A stretch of DNA of 64,000 nucleotides, from positions 2,816,001 through 2,880,000 of the forward strand of contig OY969696.1 in assembly GCA_963702005.1 (NCBI GenBank), read 5' to 3'. The stretch is from Candidatus Aminicenantes bacterium. GTDB taxonomy: Bacteria > Acidobacteriota > Aminicenantia > Aminicenantales > JAFGBC01. The translations under genes were made by a program, and so were the position numbers. The notes under the pieces were generated by a model. That model was not told the DNA's origin and ran no database searches. It saw nothing but the letters and a program-made list of their open reading frames with translations. Positions 18,810 to 27,926 of the stretch are shown piece by piece. Each line of letters opens with the position of its first letter. The first letter of the stretch is position 1.

Positions 18810-21800
18810 TCGAGCGCGATCTCCTTGGGCGCCTTGAGGGGCTTCAGCTTGAACTCGTCCAGAGTCCGGTTGAGGTCGGGGATCCCTTTCAGGATGATCT
18901 CATTGAAGGCCGCGACGTTTTTCTCGACGAAGGCGGTCAAGTCTTTGAGCTGGTCGAGGTCGGTCTTGTCGGGCGCGGCGGGATACCCGACGATGGTCCC
19001 GCCCAGCGTCCCGACCAGCTGATTGAGAGACCCGCCCCGCAGGGCGAGGGCGCGTGAGGACAGCCCCATGAACTCCTTGGGCACGATTTCGTCCTCGAGC
19101 GGCTTGAGCGCCTCGTCGAACTTCTTGAAGGCCGCCTGCAGGGCGTCGGCTTTGTTCTCGGGCTTGTTGAGGGTCGGCAAGAGGGTTTCGTTGATCTGGC
19201 GCCGCAGGTCCTTGGCCGCCGTCGAAGCCAGGTTCATCTTCTTGTTAAGGATGAGGATTTGGGTCAGGGCCTCGGCCTGGGCCTTCCGGTCCGCCTCGCT
19301 GAAAACGAAGCGGGGGTCGGCCTTGACCGTCCCGGACGTCCGGGCCTTGAGATCACCGGCGCTGACTTCGATGTCGTAATCCCCGGGCGGAGCCGGAGGC
19401 AGGGAGAAAAATCCCATGGTGGGGGGCGTTACCTTCTTGCCGTCCGGCGTGGCCGGAACGACCTGCAGGCTCCAGGACTCCCTCTGGAAGCCGACTTTCT
19501 TGTTCAGGGGAATCTCGAACAGGACGCGGCCGGCCTTGTCGATGATCGCGATCTTGGGCTTCTCCTTGGGCTCGTCCCTAAAATAGGCCGCGATCCCCAA
19601 TCCGGCCGGCGGGTTCTTGGCGGCGAAAGTCGCCTTGGAGAAACTCTCCCGGATGCTCCCGAAAAACCACTCGACGACGGGCCGGGGCGCGAAGACATGG
19701 ATCGGCTCGGCCAGGACCGTATCCGATAACTCCTGGAGGAAGCCGATGTCGTCCAGAATCCAGATCCCCCGGCCGTGAGTCCCGATGATCAGGTCGTTGT
19801 CGCGGGGATGGACGAGGAGGTCGTTGACGGCCACCGTCGGCAGGTTCGAGGCCTTGAGATTGAGCCAGCTCAGCCCGCCGTCCCAGGAGCCGAACAGGCC
19901 GAACTCGGTCCCGACGAAGAGAAGTCTCGGGTTCTTGACGTCCTCGCGGACGACGTGGACCCAGCCGAAGGGGATGTTGGCTTTGATGGATTTCCAGGTC
20001 TTCCCGTAGTCCGTCGTCTTGTAGAGATAAGTCCCGTAGTCATCCATGCGGTGGCCGTCGAAAGAGGCGTAAGCCGTCCCCGGCGCGAAGCGGGAGGCTT
20101 CGATATGGGAACACCAGGTCGCAGGCGGCAGGCCCGGGATCTGGCGGACGACGTTCGTCCAGCTGGCGCCGTCGTCGCGGCTGACCTGGACGTTCCCATC
20201 GTCGCTGCCGCACCAAAGGACGCCCTTCTCGAGCGGAGACTCGGCAATGGTCACGATCGTGCAGTGGCTTTCGGCCCCCGAGTTATCCAGAGTGATCGGG
20301 CCGCCCGAGTCCTGTTGCTTCTTGGGATCGTTCGTGGTCAGGTCGGGGCTGGCGATCTCCCAGCTGTCGCCCCGGTCCCGGGAGCGAAACAGGAAGTTCC
20401 CCCCGGCGTAGATCGTTTTGGAATCATGGGGAGAGATTAGGATCGGCGCGTTCCAGTTGAACCGGTAGGGCGGCGCCGCGTAGGGGGCCGTGGGCCGAAT
20501 TGTCTTGGCTTGGTTGATGGCCAGGCTGAACCGGCTGAGGCCGTTCATCTGGGAGTTCCGGTAGACGGTCGTCGGATCCTGGAGATCAACCTGGGCGTAA
20601 AAGCCGTCTCCACCCCCCACCGATATCCACTGGTCGTTGGTGATTCCGACCGGGTCGAGGCTTAAGCTCGGTCCGCCCCAGCTCCCGTTGTCTTGGAGCC
20701 CGCAGTAAACCCAATAGGGGTCACGAGAATCGACTCCGATGGCATAAACCTCGGCCAGATCCATGCTCTGGACGGGAAGCCAGTTCCGGCCCCCGTCATA
20801 GGAAATGTCGATCCCGCCGTCGTTTCCGTCCATGACATGAAGCGGATTGCCGGGGTCGATCCAGAAAGCATGGTGGTCGGGATGGATCCCGGCGCCGATC
20901 GGCCGGAACTTCTGGCCCATGTCGTTCGAGACCTGGAGCCCGGTCGAGAGGACGTAAACGGTCTTGTCGTCCGAAGGATCAACATAGATGCGGCTGTAAT
21001 AAAACGGCCGGGTGTTGACCCGCTGGAAGGTCTCCTTGTCGCACATCCGCTTCCAGCTCGCGCCCCGGTCCTCGGACCGCCAGATTCCGCCGTCCTTATG
21101 CTCGATCAAGGCGTAGACGACGCCCGGCTTGCTCCGGGCGACCGCGATCCCGATCCGGCCCATGATGCCCTCGGGCAGGTCCTTAGTGAGCCGGGTCCAG
21201 GTCTTGCCGGCGTCGCTCGTTTTGTAGAGTCCGCTCCCGGGGCCGCCGCTGGAGAAATAGTAGGGCAACCGGCGGTATTCCCAGGCTGCGGCATAGAGAA
21301 CCTGGGGATCCTGGGGATCCAGGGCCAGATCGGCAATTCCTGTGTTTTCATTGATATACAGAACTTTCGTCCAGGTCAGCCCGCCGTCCATGGTCTTGAA
21401 GACGCCCCTGTCCGGGTTGGGTCCCCAGAGATGGCCGGCGGCCGCGACGTAAACGATGTTTGGATCGCCGGGATTGATGATGATCCGGCTGATGTGGCGG
21501 GTGTCCTTGAGGCCCATGTTCTGCCAGGTTTTCCCGGCGTCCGTGGACTTGTAGACGCCGTCCCCGATCGTAACGCTGTTGCGGGAGGTGTGCTCGCCCG
21601 TGCCGACCCAGACGATGTCGGGATTCGAGGGGGAGATCGTCACGTCTCCGGCCGAGACCGTCGCCTCTTTTTGAAAAACGGGGGCCCAGGTCACGCCGTT
21701 GTTCTCCGTCTTCCAAACGCCGCTGGGGCCAATAGCGGCATAGATGATCCAGGGCTGCTTCTCGACGGCCTCGATATCTACCGTACGACCGCCCATGACG

Positions 21801-21943
21801 GCCGGCCCGATGTTCCGCCAGGCCAGCTTCTCGATGAGCGGCGAAATTTTATCGGCGCTCTGGCCGTAAAAGAAAATAGGGCCCGATAGGATGAGCATAA
21901 CGACGGCCAAACGGCGCGCATTTTTCAGACAGCGCTGATTCAT
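18806..21943 (-). CDS. Secreted VPS10/sortilin-like BNR-repeat beta-propeller protein
   Basis: Signal peptide, WRNIGPAVMGGR and many S/T-x-D-x-G-x-T/S-W Asp-box repeats. Confidence 0.85.
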   Translation of the reverse strand: MNQRCLKNARRLAVVMLILSGPIFFYGQSADKISPLIEKLAWRNIGPAVMGGRTVDIEAVEKQPWIIYAAIGPSGVWKTENNGVTWAPVFQKEATVSAGDVTISPSNPDIVWVGTGEHTSRNSVTIGDGVYKSTDAGKTWQNMGLKDTRHISRIIINPGDPNIVYVAAAGHLWGPNPDRGVFKTMDGGLTWTKVLYINENTGIADLALDPQDPQVLYAAAWEYRRLPYYFSSGGPGSGLYKTSDAGKTWTRLTKDLPEGIMGRIGIAVARSKPGVVYALIEHKDGGIWRSEDRGASWKRMCDKETFQRVNTRPFYYSRIYVDPSDDKTVYVLSTGLQVSNDMGQKFRPIGAGIHPDHHAFWIDPGNPLHVMDGNDGGIDISYDGGRNWLPVQSMDLAEVYAIGVDSRDPYWVYCGLQDNGSWGGPSLSLDPVGITNDQWISVGGGDGFYAQVDLQDPTTVYRNSQMNGLSRFSLAINQAKTIRPTAPYAAPPYRFNWNAPILISPHDSKTIYAGGNFLFRSRDRGDSWEIASPDLTTNDPKKQQDSGGPITLDNSGAESHCTIVTIAESPLEKGVLWCGSDDGNVQVSRDDGASWTNVVRQIPGLPPATWCSHIEASRFAPGTAYASFDGHRMDDYGTYLYKTTDYGKTWKSIKANIPFGWVHVVREDVKNPRLLFVGTEFGLFGSWDGGLSWLNLKASNLPTVAVNDLLVHPRDNDLIIGTHGRGIWILDDIGFLQELSDTVLAEPIHVFAPRPVVEWFFGSIRESFSKATFAAKNPPAGLGIAAYFRDEPKEKPKIAIIDKAGRVLFEIPLNKKVGFQRESWSLQVVPATPDGKKVTPPTMGFFSLPPAPPGDYDIEVSAGDLKARTSGTVKADPRFVFSEADRKAQAEALTQILILNKKMNLASTAAKDLRRQINETLLPTLNKPENKADALQAAFKKFDEALKPLEDEIVPKEFMGLSSRALALRGGSLNQLVGTLGGTIVGYPAAPDKTDLDQLKDLTAFVEKNVAAFNEIILKGIPDLNRTLDEFKLKPLKAPKEIALD

Positions 21944-22176
21944 GGATGTGACCTCCGATCCGAGATTCGATTCAAGCTCTGAGGCAAACATAAAATGTTA
22001 TTATAGACTACGGTCATTCCAAAAAACAGTTCATCCAGTCCGTCATTGTCTGTCGGCCGGAATTTCGTTAAGGTCGTGATTCGCTGACGCTATCCCGTGT
22101 TCATGGCCGCCGCCTCGCTGATCTGCCTAGAACTCCAATGATCCTGAAAACCTATCCGGGCCCGGGGACTTGCGTG

Positions 22177-23511
22177 CTATTCCCCCCCGATCTGCAGCAG
22201 CGCGATCCGGAAGGTCGGAGCCGTGATCCCGCGGTTGAGGTCGAGATCGCTCCCGACCATGTCGATCCCGTTCAGCATCTCCTCGGCCGTCCCGGCGATC
22301 GTCAATCCTTTGACCGGGAAGGCGACCTTGCCGTCCTCGATCCACAGCCCCGAAGCCCCGCCGCTGAAGTTCCCGTTGACGGGGTTGATACCGTAGCCGG
22401 TCACTTCCTTGAGCCAAAGCCCGGTCTTGGTGGCTTTGATGATGTCCTCGGGCTTCTGGCCGCCGGCCGCCATGTAAAAGGCGTGTGGCCCGATTCTTGG
22501 AATGCTCGAGTACCCGCCCCGCGAGGCGTTCCCGGTGCTCTTGACCCCCGCCCGCTTGGCAACGATCGTGTTGTACATGAAGCCTTTAAGGACCCCCTTG
22601 TCGACGATCGTCCGCTTCTGGGTCGGGACGCCCTCCCCGTCGAAGGGCGCGCTGGACAGGCCCTTGGCCATCGTGCCGTCGTCGACGAGGGATAGGAGGC
22701 CGGAAGCGATTTTCTGGTCGAGCTTGCCGCCCAGAAAGCTCGCTCCCTGGAGGACCCGTTCGCCGTCCACGGCCTGGAGGATGCCGCCCAGCATAGCGTA
22801 GGCGACGTCGGGGTCGAAGATGACGGCGGCCTTCTGGGTCTTGACCGGCTTGGCGTCGAGCAGCTCATAGGCCTTGCGGGCGGCGGCGGCGCCGATCTCC
22901 TCGGCCGGCTTGAGGTCGGCCCAGAACCGCCGCGAGCAATATTCCCCGCCCGAAGATTTCTGGTCGCCCTTCTCGGCCACGACCGAGATCCCAAAGGAAC
23001 AGGCCGCCGACTTGTAGCTCTTGGCGACGCCGCTCGAGTTGGCCAGAAAAACCTCGCCGTCCCCTTCCCGGTACCCGGCGCCCGCGCTCTTGGTGATCCG
23101 GGAGTCCTTCATGGCCAGCTTCTCCAGAGTCTTGAGAAGCTCAATCTTTTTCTCCATGGGGACCTTGTCGATCGCCGGATCGTAGAGGCCTTCCACGGCC
23201 GTGACGCCCGCGTCGCCGGGCAGGACGTTGAACTCGTCGGGAGTCGTGATCTTGGCGAACTCGATCGCCCGGCCGATGGCATCCTCGAGCGAGGCCTCCT
23301 TGAAGTCATTGGAGCTGGCCAGCGCCATCCGGCCCTTGACGAAGACGCGAAAGCCGGCGCCTTGGCCGGCCGCTTCCTGGATCGTCTCGACTTGGCCGTT
23401 GCGGACCTCGATGCTCAGGTTCCGCCCCGTATCGATATAGACCTCGGCCGCGTCCGCGCCCTTCTTAAGGCAACTCTTGACCAGCCGCTCCGCCAGTGTC
23501 TTATAGTCCAT
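22177..23511 (-). CDS. pmbA: TldE/PmbA subunit
   Basis: GADAAEVY, FDGEG and GNFSGGASG; lacks HExxxH. Confidence 0.88.
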   Translation of the reverse strand: MDYKTLAERLVKSCLKKGADAAEVYIDTGRNLSIEVRNGQVETIQEAAGQGAGFRVFVKGRMALASSNDFKEASLEDAIGRAIEFAKITTPDEFNVLPGDAGVTAVEGLYDPAIDKVPMEKKIELLKTLEKLAMKDSRITKSAGAGYREGDGEVFLANSSGVAKSYKSAACSFGISVVAEKGDQKSSGGEYCSRRFWADLKPAEEIGAAAARKAYELLDAKPVKTQKAAVIFDPDVAYAMLGGILQAVDGERVLQGASFLGGKLDQKIASGLLSLVDDGTMAKGLSSAPFDGEGVPTQKRTIVDKGVLKGFMYNTIVAKRAGVKSTGNASRGGYSSIPRIGPHAFYMAAGGQKPEDIIKATKTGLWLKEVTGYGINPVNGNFSGGASGLWIEDGKVAFPVKGLTIAGTAEEMLNGIDMVGSDLDLNRGITAPTFRIALLQIGGE

Positions 23512-23534
23512 GGTCGTCTCCTTCGCTCGGAGTC

Positions 23535-25076
23535 TCAGCCCCGAGCCCTGGTCCCGCCGACGTTGATGCCCCGGATGCGGACCGTGGGCTGGCCGGCCGT
23601 GACCTCGGCCGATTGTCCCTTGCCGCAGGTCCCGGGCCCGAAGTCCAGGTCGTCGGCGACGGCGTCGACGTTCTGGACGATCTCGAGGCAGTTGCCGATC
23701 AGGGTCGCTCCCTTGACCGGATTCGTCTTCTTCCCGTTCTCGATCAGATAGGCCTCGCGGCAGGTGAAATTGAAGACGCCGGTTGTCGGGTCGACGCTCC
23801 CCCCGCTCAAGGCCTGGACGTAAATCCCGCTCTTGGTCGCGGCCAGGATGTCGGCGGCCTTGTCCTTCCCGTTGGCGATGAAGGTGTTCGTCATGCGCGG
23901 GATGGGAAGATAGCGGAAGCTCTCGCGCCGTCCGTTCCCGGTCCGTTCCATGGCGAGCTGCTTGGCCGACAGGACGTCGGTCATGAACCTGACCAGAACG
24001 CCCTTATCGATAAGGACGTTCCGCTGACCGGGCGTCCCCTCGTCGTCCCAGTTCGTCGTCCCCCGGAAGTTGGGGAGTGATCCGTCGTCGATCATGGTGA
24101 AGACGTCGCTGGCGACCTTCTGGCCGAGCTTCCCGGTGAAGGCGCCGATCTTCTTGGCGATGTTGTCGGCCTCGAGCGGATGTCCGACGGCCTCATGGAC
24201 GAGGACGCCTCCCCAGCCGTTCTGCATGATGACGTCCATCTTCCCGGCCGGCGCGTCTTGGGCGTCGAGCATGACGACGGCCTCGCGGGCCGCGGTCCGG
24301 GCGACCCGGTCGGGCGAAACGTCGTCGAACATCTCGAAACCGGAGTGCCGGCTGAGCCGTTCGCGGCCCATGTGCCGGGTGTTGTTCCCCTCGCTCAGGA
24401 CCTGGACGATGAAGAACAGGAGGGGGAGCTCGTCACTCAGGAGGAGCCCCTCGGAGTTGGCGATCGTCCGGCCCCGGATTTCATCGTAGTAGCTGATGGA
24501 GGCCATCTTGATCCGCTTGTCGTAATCGAGGGCGGCCTGGTTGGCGCGCCTCATGACGTCGAGCCGCTTCTCGTCGGCGATTCCGGCCAGGGGGAGCTTG
24601 ACCGTGATATAGATCGGGCGCGAACCCTCCCGGACCGGGACCGGCTTAGCGGCGGCGCTGCCCCGAGCGATGAACGAAGCGACCTCGGCCGCCCGCAGCA
24701 TCGTGTCCTCGCTGACCTCGTCCGTGTAGGCGAAGCCCGTCTTATCCCCAGCGATGACACGGACCCCGGCGCCCTGGCTGATCCCAAACTCGGCGCTCTT
24801 GAACTTGGACTCCTCCATCAGGATGTTCCGGGAAATGCGGTGCTCGATGTAGACGTCGGCGAACTCCCCGCCCTTCTCCAGGGCCTTGGCGACGACCCGG
24901 TCCAGGACGGCCTTGTCGACCGCCAAGCCGGCCGCCGGAAGCGCGCCCGGCCCGGCCTTGCCGAGGAGCTCCTTCATCAAGGCCGGCGTGGCCGCCAGGG
25001 CCAGGCCGCCCTTGACGCTCATCTCCAGGAACTTACGGCGGGGAATGTCCCCGACGAAAAAGTCTCGTCCGCTCAT
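23535..25076 (-). CDS. tldD: TldD metalloprotease with Tat signal
   Basis: HEAVGHPLEAD, PRMTNT and CGKGQ; N-terminal PRRKFL twin-arginine motif. Confidence 0.9.
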   Translation of the reverse strand: MSGRDFFVGDIPRRKFLEMSVKGGLALAATPALMKELLGKAGPGALPAAGLAVDKAVLDRVVAKALEKGGEFADVYIEHRISRNILMEESKFKSAEFGISQGAGVRVIAGDKTGFAYTDEVSEDTMLRAAEVASFIARGSAAAKPVPVREGSRPIYITVKLPLAGIADEKRLDVMRRANQAALDYDKRIKMASISYYDEIRGRTIANSEGLLLSDELPLLFFIVQVLSEGNNTRHMGRERLSRHSGFEMFDDVSPDRVARTAAREAVVMLDAQDAPAGKMDVIMQNGWGGVLVHEAVGHPLEADNIAKKIGAFTGKLGQKVASDVFTMIDDGSLPNFRGTTNWDDEGTPGQRNVLIDKGVLVRFMTDVLSAKQLAMERTGNGRRESFRYLPIPRMTNTFIANGKDKAADILAATKSGIYVQALSGGSVDPTTGVFNFTCREAYLIENGKKTNPVKGATLIGNCLEIVQNVDAVADDLDFGPGTCGKGQSAEVTAGQPTVRIRGINVGGTRARG

Positions 25077-25208
25077 CACGTTCTCCTTTCGTAATCCTTA
25101 AGTTTAGTTGCTTTTATGCTTGAGAGGGAATGATAAACAGGTACAAGGACGGTTTGATAATAGAAGTTTCCTGACCAATTCCGGAAAAAATTCATGAGAT
25201 TTCAGTAA

Positions 25209-25475
25209 GGAAGGGCGAGGAACCGGGCCATGAAGAGGGTCGTCTGAGAGCCGGAGCTTATAGAGATGCTTATGGGAGGAACAGGCGAAGCTGATGGGGT
25301 GGAGAAGGCCGTCGAAGGGTCGAGCGGGCATGGTTCCTCTCTTGAGGAGAGCGAGACCCTGAGTCGGAGCGAAATTGGCTCGCTGGGACAATTTCGCGTC
25401 CTTCGAACCCCATCGGCTGCGCCTGCCTGGGGAAATCGCAGCGTTCCCTCGAATGGCCCGGTCCGAGCCCTTACC
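25209..25475 (+). ncRNA. Putative large structured RNA, family unknown
   Basis: Nested long-range helices with G-U and tandem G-A pairs, in a gene-free gap between tldD and the MBL nuclease (see findings). Confidence 0.55.
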
Positions 25476-25619
25476 CAGGCGCCGAGAAGGATAGCTCGGA
25501 AAGGCTAAACCCTCAAAGGTCGCTGCGACCATTTCCCGATCCATATCAATCGCAAGTCGCCGCAAACCTTTACCTAAACTTAAATAATATTTCCTATATT
25601 TCACCACTTAAATCAACGC

Positions 25620-27032
25620 TTAGTCCAGGCTGAAGGTTGCCCCGGGACCGGGGATGACGACGTTTTGGCTGCCTTCCTTGCGGAGCTCGGCCGCCAGGCT
25701 CTCGAGGACTTCGGCGTCGCCGTGAACCAAGTACAGGCTGCGGAGCGGCTTCCGGAAATGGTTGGCCCAGTCGAGGAGGGCGGGACGGTCGGCGTGAGCG
25801 GAGAAGCCCTGGATCTGCTCGACCCGGGCCCGGACCGGGTAAGCCTGTCCAAAAATCCGGACTTCGTTCGTTCCGTCCATGATGAGGCGCCCCAGCGTTC
25901 CGCGGGCCTGGAATCCGACGAAGAGGATGGTCGATTCGCGGCGGGAAATATTGCGGGCCAGGTGGTGCTTGATCCGGCCGCCCGTGCACATCCCCGAACC
26001 GGCCATGATGACGCAGGAGCCCTTGATGGAGTTGATGGCTTTGGACTCTTCCATGGTTCGGATATACTTAAGGCCCGGGAAGCGGAACGGGTCGCGGCCG
26101 GCCCGGAACAGGGCCTTGGCCTCTTCGTCAAGCTCGTCGCGGTGCCGCTCATAGACGGCCGTGACCTCGACCGCCATCGGACTGTCGAGGAAGGTCAGCA
26201 GGGCCGGGATCCGCTTGGTTTCGAACAGCCGGCTCAGAAAGAACATCAGCTCCTGGGCCCGGTCCACGGCGAAGGTGGGGATGACGATGTTGCCCCCCTT
26301 CTCGACGGTCCGGTTGATGACGTCGGCCAGGAGGTTGTCGATCCGGTCCGGGTCTTCGTGAGCGCGGTCGCCGTAGGTGGATTCCATAACAACGTAGTCC
26401 GCCTCCTGGAAGGACGAGGGATCGCGCAACAGGGGTCTGTGGCTCTGGCCGATGTCTCCGGAAAAGACGATTTTCCTGAAATCCGGCGCGCCCCGGCGGC
26501 TCGTCTCGACCTCGATCATGGCCGATCCCAAGATGTGGCCTGCCTCCCGGAAGGTCGCGCTCAAATCCTTGAACTCGACCGGCTCATCATAGCCGACGGT
26601 CTCGATCAAGGGGACGACCCTCTCGACGTCCTCCGCCGTATAGAGAGGGACCTCAGGAAAGGGCCCCTGACGCCCTTCCTTCAAGTGGCGCTTCTTCTTG
26701 AAGGCGGCGTCTTCCTCGAGGATCCGGGCCGCGTCGTGGAGGACGATCGGGACGATCTCGGCCGAGGCCGGCGTCGTCAGGATCTGGCCCGCGAACCCTT
26801 CCCTGACGAGCTTGGGGAGGAGGCCGCAGTGGTCGAGGTGGGCGTGGGTCAAGAAGACGGCGTCGACAGCCTTGGGATCGAACCGGAACCGGCTCCAGTT
26901 TCTATCTTGGAAAGGCCGCTCTTGATGAAGGCCGCAATCCACCAGGACCCGCGCCGGGCCGGATTCGAGGAGAGAGGAGGAGCCCGTCACCTGTCGGGCC
27001 GCCCCAAAAAAACTTAGATGAGGCTTTTCCAT
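25620..27032 (-). CDS. MBL-fold beta-CASP ribonuclease
   Basis: THAHLDHCG, AGHILGS, MESTYG, FSAHAD and LVHGD. Confidence 0.9.
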   Translation of the reverse strand: MEKPHLSFFGAARQVTGSSSLLESGPARVLVDCGLHQERPFQDRNWSRFRFDPKAVDAVFLTHAHLDHCGLLPKLVREGFAGQILTTPASAEIVPIVLHDAARILEEDAAFKKKRHLKEGRQGPFPEVPLYTAEDVERVVPLIETVGYDEPVEFKDLSATFREAGHILGSAMIEVETSRRGAPDFRKIVFSGDIGQSHRPLLRDPSSFQEADYVVMESTYGDRAHEDPDRIDNLLADVINRTVEKGGNIVIPTFAVDRAQELMFFLSRLFETKRIPALLTFLDSPMAVEVTAVYERHRDELDEEAKALFRAGRDPFRFPGLKYIRTMEESKAINSIKGSCVIMAGSGMCTGGRIKHHLARNISRRESTILFVGFQARGTLGRLIMDGTNEVRIFGQAYPVRARVEQIQGFSAHADRPALLDWANHFRKPLRSLYLVHGDAEVLESLAAELRKEGSQNVVIPGPGATFSLD

Positions 27033-27049
27033 ATCGAGTTTCGACCTCT

Positions 27050-27913
27050 TTAACGGCCGCTATCCCCATAGAAATGATATTCCGACGACAGAAACCATAC
27101 CCGGAATCCCTGTCGGACGGCCATGTAAACCTGTTCCCAGAAGACAAGCAGAATCGCTCCCAAGCCGCCGGCGAAAAGCCTCGACACGAACAGGAATAAG
27201 AACGACACGGCCAGGGACAGGACGCCGATGAGCAGGTAGAGACCCCAAGCCCGGATGAAGCGCCGCGCCAGGAAGCCGAAGGTCAGGACCGTGGCCCGGA
27301 ACGCCTTCCGGCTCTGCTCGGCGACAAGGCGGATCTTGACGTAGTCGAAGAACATTCGGACGAGCGAAAAGAGCAATAGGAAGGCGAGGAGCCGGAGGTT
27401 CGAGGCCCAGAACGCGCCCCATTCGGTATGGGCGTTCTTGGACCAGGACTCGAACAGCGAGCCGATCAGACGGTAAACGAGGCCGAGGACCACAACATAG
27501 ACCGGAATCGAGAGCAGGAAGACGCGAAAGAAACGGAAGAAATAGCGACAGCCGTCGGATAAAAACCCGGCCAGTGTCGTCCGCTCTTCCTTGGCCGCGA
27601 TCCGGCCCAAGATAGCGCCGCTCGAGAAAAGGGCCCAAAGGGCATACAGGACGACGGGGATGAGAATCCAGCCCGACAGGCCGGCCAGCGCATCCTGATA
27701 CTTGAGAACGATGTCCCCCAGCCAGAGCACGTCGATGCCCTTGCTGAGACGCTCCTCCAGGAACGAGCGGCCGAAACCGCTTCCGATCAGAAACGCAAAA
27801 GGAGCGACGGCCAGGAAAGCAAAGACAAGGTTGGCAAGCCAGAGGTAGAGAACGAGCCTGGATTTCCGGATGGTGATCTCGAAGCCTTGATGGAAGCTCT
27901 TCATCGTGCCCAT
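27050..27913 (-). CDS. Multi-pass membrane protein of unknown function
   Basis: About 6 hydrophobic segments; SD AAGGAG; directly follows the M1 peptidase. Confidence 0.75.
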   Translation of the reverse strand: MGTMKSFHQGFEITIRKSRLVLYLWLANLVFAFLAVAPFAFLIGSGFGRSFLEERLSKGIDVLWLGDIVLKYQDALAGLSGWILIPVVLYALWALFSSGAILGRIAAKEERTTLAGFLSDGCRYFFRFFRVFLLSIPVYVVVLGLVYRLIGSLFESWSKNAHTEWGAFWASNLRLLAFLLLFSLVRMFFDYVKIRLVAEQSRKAFRATVLTFGFLARRFIRAWGLYLLIGVLSLAVSFLFLFVSRLFAGGLGAILLVFWEQVYMAVRQGFRVWFLSSEYHFYGDSGR

Positions 27914-27926
27914 GGTCGTCTCCTTG

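Noticed and set aside
25104-25607. ORFs 25104-25607 (-) and 25266-25508 (+) as proteins
   Set aside because: Composition is atypical, with no motif or clear SD; the region is better explained by RNA secondary structure.
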